Under the pieces are notes generated by a model, which saw nothing but the letters and a program-made list of their open reading frames with translations, was not told where the DNA came from and made no database searches. A DNA stretch of 64,000 bases, taken from positions 64,001 through 128,000 of the forward strand of contig CBDBCR010000002.1 in the NCBI GenBank assembly GCA_965203465.1, written 5' to 3'. Numbering within the stretch: position 1 is the first letter of the stretch; every line of letters starts with the position of its first letter. This document shows positions 20,529-31,800 of this stretch, one piece after another. Position numbers and translations under genes: made by a program. Source of the DNA: Nitrosopumilaceae archaeon. Its GTDB lineage: Archaea > Thermoproteota > Nitrososphaeria > Nitrososphaerales > Nitrosopumilaceae.

Positions 20529-21209
20529 GACGCTGCCGCCCACGCCGTCTATCTTGAACGAGGCGGTGCGCCTGTCCGGTCCGGCAAGGGACACCGTATA
20601 GACGGGCGCGTATATCATGGATATTTCAGAGACGCTCGTCTCTTCCTGCAGGTCGCGCACCTCCTTTTCCATCTCGGGGCGCAGGGCGTCGCGCAGCATC
20701 CTTTCGGCGTCTTTGTCGGGCGGGATCTGCGAGTCGGGCGTGTGGGCGTTGGCGGCCAGCACCTTCTTCGGATAGTGCTCGATGTCGCCGGCGCCCGTAT
20801 CGTGCGCGAACCCGACCTCGGCCCCGTCGGGCGCAAAGTGCCGCGCGCCCTTTTCAGAGACCGAGACGCGCTCCTCGAGCGGTATGTCGGCCCTTCTGCC
20901 CACCGACAGCCTGCCTATGCCGGCCCCGCGCCTGGACGGGAAGGTCACGCCCCCGAAGACCACCTCGTCTACGTTGCCGTCGACGGAGAGCGTGTGGACA
21001 GCGCTCCGGTAGTAGGCCGCGCGGTACCTGCCCGAGACGCGCACGGTCAGCTCGTACTCTAGCGAGACCGACTTTACGGAGACCTCGGATCTCTTGGGCC
21101 TGGACAGCAGGGATCTGAACGGGCCGGTCTTTTTCCTCTCGATCAGCTCCTCGAGCTCATTTTCGTCCATCTTTTTGAGGACAAGCGTCCTCTTCCTGGT
21201 CAGGGCCAC
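20523..21209 (-). CDS. Hypothetical protein
   Basis: 228-aa ORF with coding-like codon usage; TATA at 21231-21239 lies about 25-30 nt upstream of its start. Confidence 0.7.
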   Translation of the reverse strand: MALTRKRTLVLKKMDENELEELIERKKTGPFRSLLSRPKRSEVSVKSVSLEYELTVRVSGRYRAAYYRSAVHTLSVDGNVDEVVFGGVTFPSRRGAGIGRLSVGRRADIPLEERVSVSEKGARHFAPDGAEVGFAHDTGAGDIEHYPKKVLAANAHTPDSQIPPDKDAERMLRDALRPEMEKEVRDLQEETSVSEISMIYAPVYTVSLAGPDRRTASFKIDGVGGSVL

Positions 21210-21230
21210 GGGGAGCCGGAACCGATGACG

Positions 21231-21254
21231 ATATATATAGTCGGGGGGGGGGGG
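21231..21254 (+). promoter_or_regulatory. TATA box followed by a G12 tract (giant gene 1; TATA possibly bidirectional)
   Basis: atatatatagtc then G at 21243-21254. Confidence 0.7.
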
Positions 21255-21267
21255 CGGTGGCTTAGGA

Positions 21268-24200
21268 CTGGGAGGATATCTGGGCTTTTACGTTCTGGCG
21301 GTAGCGGCGATCGCCGCCTGCGCGGCCGGCATACATGAAGCCGAGGCCACCACGCCGACGGTGACCCAGTTCACCGACCCGGTCAGCACAGACGTCTATT
21401 CTGCGTCCATGGACATGACCAACGACGGCACATGGGCCGCCACCATGACCATAAACTTCAACACGCCGGTAAAGTTCCACACCAGCGAGGCCGACACGCT
21501 CCAAGACATCGTGGTGTACAGGGGCGCCGGCACATCCAACACAAAGGGCGCAGCCTCTGTGAAGGGCTCTGGGATAGAGATCAGCGGAAGCACCGTAAAG
21601 GTGCACTTTTTGCCGCCGGCCGAAGACAATCTGCGGCTGATGGGCCCGACCACCCGCCATCTTTACATATCCGGCACGGCGCTAAAGTCCGTAGATACCA
21701 GCACCGACCTCGCGCAGGTCGGGACGACGAGCCCGAGCGGAACCGGTACGATCCAGTCGGCCACCGCCGACGGCGCTACTCCGAAGGTGGCCAGCGCCAG
21801 ACTCGACCGGGACAGCCGGATCATGTACATCGTCGCGGACGAGTCCCTGGCATACGGCACCTACCAGACGAGCAGCGACGCCGTGACTTTTCCGACTACC
21901 CTCAACTCGGCCGGCGAGACGACCAACTCAAACGCCACAAAGTTCCACCTGCGCGACGGCGCGACTGCATCGAGCGGTGGCATCACGATGGACGCATCCT
22001 TCAACACCATTAGCACGCACGGCTCGCCCATCCACGAGATCCGCTTCACGCTCACTACGGGCAATCTTTCCACGCTCCTCGCATACGCAAACCCGCACCT
22101 GCACGTAGACGCAAAGGCGTTTTCGGGCGTGTCTGATTCGCTGTATCCCCTCGCCAAACACGACAACGCAATCATCAAAAAGCAGCTCAACTACCTGCCC
22201 AGGCTCACCGTTGCGCAGCTGGACACGTCCATGCGTGTTCTGACCCTCACGTTCGACGAGTCGGTAACGAAGGATTCGGGCACCTTTTACATACGCAACA
22301 GCGCCACGGGCAGCTATACCGCGTCGACCGACGTCTCGGGAACGCTCAGCTCCGTCTCGGGAACCGCCGGAACGGCGACGCTTTCGGCCTCGGATGCCAC
22401 GAAGGTGCAGAACATGGCCACGCCGCACCTGCATTTGAACGCCGGGGCGGTGACCGACTCGGGCGGCGCGCCCAACGCCAAAAAGGCCGTGGCGCTGACT
22501 ACCACGTCCGAGCCAGTTCTGTCCGGTGCCACGATAGACCGGGCCACCGGCGCGGCCACGCTCACCTTCGACAAGTCCGTCACAAAGAGCACGGGCAACA
22601 TCGACATACGCGAGGGCAGCTCGGCCACGCACAACGCGACGAGGGATGTGCGGATACCCGCAAGCGACGCCTCCGTGTCCGCGTCCGGCTCGTCCGTCAC
22701 GTTCACGCTCTCTTCGGCAAACCTGGCGAAAGTCAACGCCATGACGAGCCCGCACGTGTACCTCGACTCCTCCGCGGTGGTCGATTCTTCGAGCACGCCC
22801 AACGCCGCGCTGACCGCGGGGCAGGACGTCGTGCTCTCGCCGCGGCTCGTCTCTGCCTCCCTGGTGCCGGCGACCCGGGCGCTGAGCGCCACGTTCGGCG
22901 AGCAGGTCTCTGTGCCGGCCACGAGCCCGGGCAACGTGTACGTGGCTTCGGCGGGGGACAATAACGGGTTCACGTCCGGGACAGACGTGCGGCTGCCGCT
23001 GTCGGGCACCGCCGCCTCACACTCTGCGACGATCACCGCCGCCGAGCTCGCCAGGGTGCTGGCCATGACGGACCCGAAACTGTACGCCGAGGCCAACGCC
23101 GCGACAGTGTCGGGCCTGGCCAACGCGGCAGGTTCCGTGGATCTGGCGATCACCGCGCCGGTAGTGTCCTCGGCCGCCGTCGACATCGGCACCGGCGCCG
23201 TGACCCTGACGTTCAGCTACGGCGTCTCTGCGGGCGCGGGCAGCATGGACATCACGCAGACAAGTTCGGCCGCGTACGATCCATCCGCGCATGTGCGGGT
23301 GGCCGTCTCGGACACGACCGTCTCGGGAAGCCAGCTTGCCTTCACGCTCTCGGAGCCGGACCGCAAAAAGGTCATAGCCTTGGGCGCCACGCTGTGGGCG
23401 CGCCTTCCGGCCGGCCTAGTCTCGGGCGGCGCCGGCGGCGATCTCTCCGCCGTCTCGTACAGGTTCACCGTCACGGCCGACACGACCGCGCCGACGCTCG
23501 TGGCGACCGGGCCTACCAGGCCAGCCTTGGACGAGGAGACCGGGATACTGACCCTGACGTTCAGCGAGTCCGTAAAGGACGGATCGGACGTCGACTTGGA
23601 AAAGATCTTCATAGGGACGGCTCGTTCAGCACCGGCGGCACGGCGCTGTCTGTCTCCGGGGCGGCCTCGACTGTCACGTCCACGGCCGACACCGACGCGC
23701 AAATCACCGTGAAACTGACCGAAGAGCTGCGCAAGTCCGCCATCGGCTATGCGACGCCGCACGTGCGCCTTGATGCGGGCGCCGTCAAGGACCTGTCCAA
23801 CCAAAACATAGCCGCGGCCGCCAGCACCGAGATCGACGATCTGGCAGACGCGACGGCCCCGACGCTCGTGACGGCCGGCTCGGACAGGCCCGCCTTGGAC
23901 GAGGAGACCGGGATACTGACGCTGACGTTCAGCGAGTCGGTAAAGGACGGCGCCGATGTCGACCTGACAAAGATCTTCGTGGCCAACGATCCGTTCACCT
24001 CCGGCGGCACGGCGCTTACAGGCTCGGCTGTGACTTCTACTGAGGATACGGACGCCCGGATAACGATAGATCTGACCGAAGAGCTGCGCAAGGACAGCAT
24101 CGGGTACGCGGTACCGCACGTGCGCCTCGCGCAGGGCGCCGTCAAGGACCTGTCGAACCAAGACATCGCGGCGGCCGCCAGCGCCGAGATCAACGATCTG

Positions 24201-27200
24201 GCCGACACGGCCGCGCCGACGCTCGTGGCGAGCGGCGCGAACGGGCCGGCACTCGACGAGGAGACCGGGATACTGACACTGGCGTTCGACGAATCTGTAA
24301 AGGACTCTGACGTCGACTTGGCAAAGATCTTCATAAACGACGGCGCGTTCACTTCGGGCGGTTCGGCCCTGACCGGCTCGACTGTCACGTCCGCCGCAGA
24401 CACGGACGCCAAAATCACGATAGACATGACCGAAGAGCTGCGCAAGTCCGCCATAGGCTATACGACGCCGCACGTGCGCCTTGATGCGGGCGCCGTCAAG
24501 GATCTGTCCAACCAAGACATAGCCGCGGCCGCCAGCGCCGAGATAACGGACACCGCCGACACCGCGGCCCCGCAGCTCAGCTCGGAGACTGCGCCAGTAT
24601 TCCACGTGCCCACCGGGGCGCTGACGATCGTGTTCGACGAATCGGTAAAGGACGGCCAGGCCAACGTGGATCTGGCCAAGATATTCATCAGCAGCGACAC
24701 ATCCGTCTCGGGCGGCACGGCGCTTACCGGCTCGACGGTGGGCTCGACGGACGATACGGACGCCGAGATATCCATAACGGTACCAGAGGCGCTCAGGCTG
24801 CAGGTGATCGCCCAGGCGTACACGCCCTACCTGCGCTTCGACGCGGGCGCCGTCTCGGATCTTTCAAACCAGGCCATCGCCGCGTCGACCGCCGGCACGG
24901 CGATCAGAAAAGTCACCGACACCGATCCCCCACAGGTCTCGTCCGCCGCCCTGAACGAGGAGACCGGATCTCTGATCATAACGTTCGACGAGACCGTCGA
25001 TGTGTCCAGCGCGGCGAACGAGGGCGCAAGCTTTGCGCTGCGCGAGGGCCCCGGCGCGCAGGCAGGCTCGGCCGGCGAGGTCGTCCTGTCGGACGCCGAG
25101 ATAAAGCCCGGCCAGACCGACGGCCCCGCGCTCGAGTTCGCGCTGTCCGAGGCCAGCAGGCGGGACGCCATAGCTTTGGCAGACCCCCACCTGTACATCG
25201 CCGCCGGCGCCATAGAAGACATCGCCCTCAACGGCATCGGCGAGCCGGCAAGCGGCCAGTTCTTTACCACAGTCGTCGACGTCTCCCAGACGCTGGACAC
25301 GACCGCCCCGGCACTCGAGACGACGGGGAACGACAGGCCCGCGCTCGACGAGGGCACCGGGGTATTGACGCTGACGTTCGACGAATCCGTGCGGGACGGC
25401 GCCGGCGTCGACTTGACGAAGATCTTCATACGCGACGGCCCGGGCGCCGGCGGCGCGGCCCTGACCGGCTCGGCGGTCACGTCCTCCGCGGACACCGACG
25501 CCGAGATCACGGTGGAACTGACAGAGGCCCTCCGGCAGTCCGCCATCGGGTACGGCACGCCGCACGTGCGCCTCGAGCCTGGCGCCGTGAGGGACCTGTC
25601 GGACCGGGGCTCTTCGGCCGCCGGCGCCGAGATCGACGACTCTTCGGATCTTGCGCCACCCGAGATGACCATGGCGCTCGTCGACGCGACGCGGCGGGTC
25701 CTCGTGCTGGTCTTCGACGAGTACGTGCAGGCGGGCCCGTCCGGCTCGGCCAGCCTGGTCTCGGGCGGCGCCCAGACGAGGCTTGCCGACGCGACGCCGC
25801 AGTCCTTGGATGACCGGACCCGGGTATCGTACGATCTGAGCCTCGCCGAGCTGGGAATCGCGATAGGCCCCGGCGCGCGCGCCAGCATCGGGGCCGGCTC
25901 GGGCGTGTCGGACACGTCGGGCAACCCGGCCCGGGCAGCGTCGGCCGACTTGGTAGTGACCGACGAGACCGCGCCGGCGTTCGTCTCGGCGACCATCATA
26001 TCCGATTCGGTCGTGCGCGCCGTCTTCGACGACATACTGGCGGCCCCGTCCGCATCGGACTTTTCCGTGTCCGGGCACCGGATAGCCTCGGTCTCGCTGG
26101 GCCCGGACGGCAGCACCGTCAACATAACGATCGCCGGCGCGTTCGCCGAGGGGCGCAGCGTGCAGGTGGCCGCCGGCGCCGGCATACGGGACATGTTCGG
26201 CAACCCGCTGGCGCCGACCACGCTGACCGCAGAGTACGAGCCCATACGGGTGGCGGTCAGGGCCCTGACGATATCGAGCGACAACGCGGCGCGCAACCCG
26301 TCCAACGCGGACGGCGCGGAGCGCGGCCTGGTGCGCGCCGGCGACACGGTGACGCTGCGCCTCGAGGCCGACCCGTCGGGCGCGCGCATCGCGCAGGCGT
26401 ACCTGCAGATATCGAGCGCCTCGGCGGCCGCGTCGGTCGACGGCGGCGGACTGGGGCTGTCCGCCTCGCTGCGGGTGCCCCCCGACGCGGCGCAGGGCCC
26501 GCTTCAGTTCGCGATACGCACGACCGACGAGTTCGGGCTCCGGGCGTCGCTGGGACCAGGCGATCTGACCGGCGCCAACGTCTCGGCCGACACGGTGCCG
26601 CCGGCCGTCGTCTCGGCCTCGGCGAGCGGCATCGATTCGGTCACGGTGCGTTATTCGGAGCGCGTCGCGGTGGGCAATTCGGGCGCCACGGTCACGGTCG
26701 GCTCGGCCACGTACTCGGCGTCCTTTTTGGGCTCGGGCAGCGAGACGATACTGGCGTACTGGGACGGGGTCGGCTCGGTGCCCGCCTCGGCGGTGCTGCG
26801 CGGCCTCGCCGTCCACGACATGGCCGGCAACGCGGGCTCCGGCGGCCCGGTCGGCGCCGGACCGTCGGTCGGCTCGGCCTCGCCGGGCCCGACCGGCGTG
26901 ATGCCCATAGCCAAGGGCACCACCCTGCGGACGGTCACGGCGCCCGCCGGCGTGGAGCCGGCGCTGGAGCTCTCCTCGGCCTCGGCCACCGACCCGAGGG
27001 TGGCGTTCGCCGGCGGCCGGACGGCGGCGTTCGAAAACCCGCTCAGCATAATCACGCAGGAGCCGGGCCTGCCCGACCTGTTCTTCCAGGCGGGAACCGA
27101 GGTGGGCGGCCTCGCCGGGTTCACGGTGGCCGAAGTCGGCCTGGAGGCGGCCGTGGTGGTGGCCCCGTCCGAGTACGAGGTGCCGGCCGGCTCGCCCGCG

Positions 27201-28505
27201 CTGGACGCGTACCCGGGCCTGTACAACCCGGCGACGGCCGTGCTGGTGGGCAGCCCCGTATCCGACATCGCGTTCAGCAAGCCGGTCCGCATGGAGTTCG
27301 ACATACCGCTCTCGGGCCTGGTCTTTTCGGTCGACGCGGCCGGCACCGTGCTCCCGATACCTGCGTGCGCCGAGGGCTACGGGGGCGCCGTGCCGCTCCT
27401 GCAGGATGTGCCGGAAGGGTGGCCTGCCGAGACGTACGATCCGCTCGCGTGCGTATCGGAAGACTCTGTATGGACGCTGCACTTTTCGGTGTTCGGCGTG
27501 GCGTATCCGTCCTCGGGCGGCTCGGAGTGCGACGACTGCTCCCCGCCGACGCTCGGCTACGACGAGTACGGCGCCAAACTCGTGGACGGCGGCTTTGCGT
27601 ACAACGGCCTTTCCTCGGACGTGGCGTACTTTTTCACCCCGTACCCCCTGATCGAATCCGAGGTGGGCAAGGAAAACACGGCCGTCTTCAAGATATACGA
27701 GAACGAGGGGCCGGGCAACGTAGAGCATATTTCGCTGGCCTTCGGCCTGCGCTCCGGCGAGGTCATATCGGAGAGCAGGGCCGTGATAAACTACGACATT
27801 TCGTTCGACGGGACCGGCTCGGTCTCCGTGATAGATCCGGACGGCGCCATCGACCCGGAGACGCTGAGCGCCTCGCACGATACGGTGGACTGCTCGGCGG
27901 GCTCTTCGCTGGAGTGCCTCTCCGTATCCATAACGCACACGTTCCGCGCGCCGCTCGAGTTCGACATCGTGGGCACGGACGTGTGGGACAGGGAGCGCAA
28001 CTCTTGGCAAAACTACTACAACCACGGCATACGGGTGTCGGGCGAGCCGATGGACCCGCAGCCCGGAACGGAGGTCAACGGCGGGCATCTGGTGCTGTAC
28101 CCCATATCTGAGGGCTCTTCGAACACGGACATCATGATAGACGCCCAGGGCCGCCTGTTCAAGATGTCGCCCGACGGACAGTACGTGCCGCTGTCCAACC
28201 AGTCGCGGCTGTACCACGACATCGACGAATCCATGTACCTGTACGACGGCATCCCGAAGCAGGGCTACGACCGCGGGGACCTCGAATTCAGGGACCACCT
28301 GTACGCGCAGGTGCTCGCCGCGCAGAAAATCCTGGACGCCATGATGCCGGCCCCCGAGGCCGAGGCGTCCGAGCCAGACCAACAGGCGCCCGACCGTGCG
28401 GCGCACGAGCGGCACCTGCGCGAGGCGGTGCTGGCAGAGCAGGCCAGGGCCGCGCTGCTCTTCGAGGAGCTGTTCGGGTATCAGGGCATCAACGCGCAGG
28501 ACTAG
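21268..28505 (+). CDS. Giant secreted Ig-like-repeat surface protein, paralog 1 (about 2,400 aa; one -1 frameshift at about 23614)
   Basis: Signal peptide ...VLAVAAIAACAAGIHEAEA in frame upstream of ORF 21361 (start only CTG at 21268); ORFs 21361 and 23394 join at atagggacggc; HFSVFG and CDDCSPPTLG module. Confidence 0.8.
23475..25650 (+). repeat. About 360-bp intragenic domain repeats in paralog 1
   Basis: PALDEETGILTL / KIF / GYxTPHVRL / GAVKDLSNQ recur at about 23520, 23890, 24245, 24590 and 25340. Confidence 0.85.
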
Positions 28506-28769
28506 CCGGGTTCGGGCGCGGGCCGATCCGGCGGCCGCGCCCGACCAGCTTCGGTTCGGTGCCTACGCGCGGAACCTGCCCCGCCGTGCGGCCAAATGAC
28601 AAGTTCCTGCCTGCCGGCGGATCGGCGGAATCGAAGCCGTGGACGGAAGCAACCCGTGCCTGCGGTGAGCGTTAGCTGCGGATGCGGGCGGCACGAAGCG
28701 CCCTCGCCCGACCCATCGGCCGCGGCCGCCAGAGTCCGCTAGCCGGCTGCCGGCGTAAACAATACTTGG

Positions 28770-28794
28770 TTTATATGGGCGGGGGGGGGGGGGG
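28770..28794 (+). promoter_or_regulatory. TATA box followed by a G14 tract (giant gene 2)
   Basis: tttatatgggc then G at 28781-28794. Confidence 0.72.
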
Positions 28795-28807
28795 CGGTGG
28801 CAGAATA

Positions 28808-31800
28808 ATGGGCAGCGTACGGGGGCTCGCAGCGCTCGCTATACTGGCGTCGGGCATATGCGCCGCCGGCGCGGTGCCGGCAGCAGAGGCCACGGTGCCC
28901 GCCATATCGGCGTTCACCGAGCCGGGCGTGCGCGGGCTGAACACGTACGCCGCGTCCCTGGACATGAGCAACGACGGCACGTGGGCCGCCGTGCTGACCA
29001 TCACGTTCAACACCCCGATGGCCGTCCACACCAGCGAGTCAGACGCGCTCGAAGAGATCCTGATCAAGCCGGGCGTCGCAAGCGCAAACACCGACGGCAG
29101 CGCGACCGGCTCTGCCATAGGGTTCGACGGGAACGCGGTGAAGATATTCTACCTGCCGCCGGCCGAAGAGACGCTGCGCCTGATAACGGAGAGCAACTCG
29201 TCCCTCTACGTCTCGGGCACGGCGCTAAAGTCGGCAGACACGGGCACGGCCATGGCAGAGTTCGGGCAGCTTGAAAAGTACGAAAACGGCAACCGCGCGG
29301 CGGATTCTGGCACGCGCGTAAAGTGGTCCGACGATTCGGCCGCGCCGCGGGTGGCCAGCGCGTCCATCGACAGGGACAGCCGGGTGCTGTACGTCGTCTC
29401 GGACGAGTCGCTGGCGTTCGGGGTGTACCCGCTGCCCACGGAAACCCCGCCCAGCAGGGACTACGGGACCTCCCCCAGCAACGCCACAAAGTTCAGCGTG
29501 CGCGACGGCCCGTCCGCCGCGTCGGGGGTCGGGATGTCCGCCTCCAACGATCCGAGCGTGCACCGCTCCCCCGCGCACGAGATGCGCTTTGCGCTCTCGG
29601 CCCGGCAGCTCGCCGAGGTCGCCGGCTATTCGGATCCGCACCTGCACGTGGAGGCGGGCGCGTTCGAAGGCATAGCCAACTTTTCGCTCTCCACCGAAGA
29701 GAACGAGTACGTGTCGGAGCGTCTAAACTACCTGCCGGGGATCGCCTCGGCGAGCCTGTCGTCCTCGCTGTCAGTCGCGTTCGACGAGCCCGTCGAAAAG
29801 GGCACCGGCGCCTTTTACATACGCGGCAGCGCCGCGGGCAGCTACGATCCGGCAACCGACGTCTCGGGCACGCTGAGCGTCTCGGGCGCCGCCGGCTCGG
29901 CGGAGCTGACCGCCGCGGCCCTGGCGCGCGTGCTGGCCATGCCGTCGCCGTACCTGCACCTGGAGGCTGGGGCCGTGACCGACTCGGACGGCGCGGCCAA
30001 CGTCAAAAAGTCCCGGCAGCTGTCGGTGGCAGGCGGCCTGTACGCCGCAAAGATGGATTCTGCCGGCGCCGTCTCGCTGGATTTTTCGCCCGACGTCAAG
30101 ACGGGCGAGGCCGACGTCGACCAGTCCAAGATATTCGTGCGCGACGGGCCCGGCACGAGCGGCGGCACGGCGCTGACCGGCTCGACCGTGTCCTCGGCGG
30201 GCGACGGGGCGACCGTCGCCGTGTCGCTGACCGCGGGGCAGGTCTCGACGGTGACGGGGTACTCGGAGCCGCACGTGTACTTTGAGGCCGGCGCGGTAAA
30301 GAGCACCTCGGGCGCCGCGCTGAGCGCCCCCGCGTCTTCTACGCAGCTGGTCTCTTCGATCTTTCTGGAATCGGCCTCGGTGGACTTGAACAACTACGCC
30401 GACGGCTCGGACCGCCGCGCGGGCAAGCTGGTGCTCAAGTTCAGCGGGCCGGTCGCCGCGGGCGCGAGCGGGGCCGACTCCCTCTCGAAGATAACCGTCC
30501 GCGAGCAGGACAACTCGCCGTCCGCCGAGCTGGGCTCGGCCGCCTCGATCTCGTTCAGCTCCGGCACCGTCACGATAGCGCTCTCTGCCGAGCAAAAGGA
30601 CGCCGTCCGGGCCATGTCGGGCGACCTCGAGATACTGGCGGGCCCCGGCGCCTTCAAGTCGGCGGACACGTCGCTGCCGCTCGCGGCCGTGGGCGACGGG
30701 GACTTGTCGGTCCCGGCCGGCAGCGTGACCGCCGACGCCACGGGCCCCGTGGTAACCTCGGCCTCGCTGGACGAGGAGACCGGGGTGCTGGAGTTCACGT
30801 TCGATGAGATGGTGCGGGCCGGCACCGTGGCCGAGACCCAGATACGTCTGCACGATCAGGGTTCCCCTGGCTTTGATCTGGGAAGCTCGGCGGTCGCCTC
30901 GTCGGGCGTCTCGGATACGGTCACCGTGCAGCTCGACGAAGAGGCGCGCAAAAATGCGATAGCGCTGACGGCACCGCACTACCGGATGGCCGGCGCGCAG
31001 GCCGTGGTCGATACGTCCGGCGTGCCAATAATACAAAACTCGTCGGCTCTTCTGACATCCACGCCGGACGACGCGGCCCCGACCGTCCACGCCACGATCG
31101 CGCCGGTCCTCGACGAGGGGAGCGGGACGCTTTCCGTCACGTTCAGCGAGTCGGTAAAGGACGGCCCGGCCAACGTGGATCTGGACAGAATGTTCGTCGC
31201 AAACGGCCGGTTCGCCGCGGGCGGCACGGCGCTTACAGGCTCGCAGGTGACCTCGACGGTGGACACCGACGCGTCCGTCACCGTGGTGCTGACCGAGGAG
31301 CTCCGGCAGGCGGCCATCGGGTATCCGGCGCCCCACCTGCGCTTCGGGGCGGGCGCCGTGGACGATCTCTCCGGCAACGCGATGGCCGCCTCTGCCTCGG
31401 CCACCCGCATCATGGCGACCGACGACGAGGAGGCGCCCGTGATCCGGTCCGCGACCATCGACGAGGGCACCGGCGCGTGGACGGTGACGTTCTCGGAGAT
31501 AGTGTCGCCCGGCTCGGCGCGCGGCACCGCGATGTACGTGCGCGAGGCCGGCGGCGGGGCCTACAATTCCTCGAAAGATGTGCCCCTGGCCTTGCCGTCC
31601 CTGACCGTCTCGTCGAGCGGCGCGCTCTCAGAGGCGGGCCGCCAGAAGGTGATCGCCATGGCGACGCCGACCGTCTACGTAGTAAAGGACGCGGTGATGG
31701 ACATCTCCAGCAACGGCATAGAGGCCGCCGGCACGGCCGCGTCGGTCGCGCCCGACTCGGCTGCCCCCGCGATAGTCTCGGCGGCGGCCACCTCGCTCAA

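Noticed and set aside
21225-28794. Translational frameshift switching from ATGs upstream of the G tracts (21225, 28775)
   Set aside because: These ATGs lie in or before the TATA boxes and would not be in the transcript, and would put poly-Gly before the signal peptide; kept only as a minor alternative.
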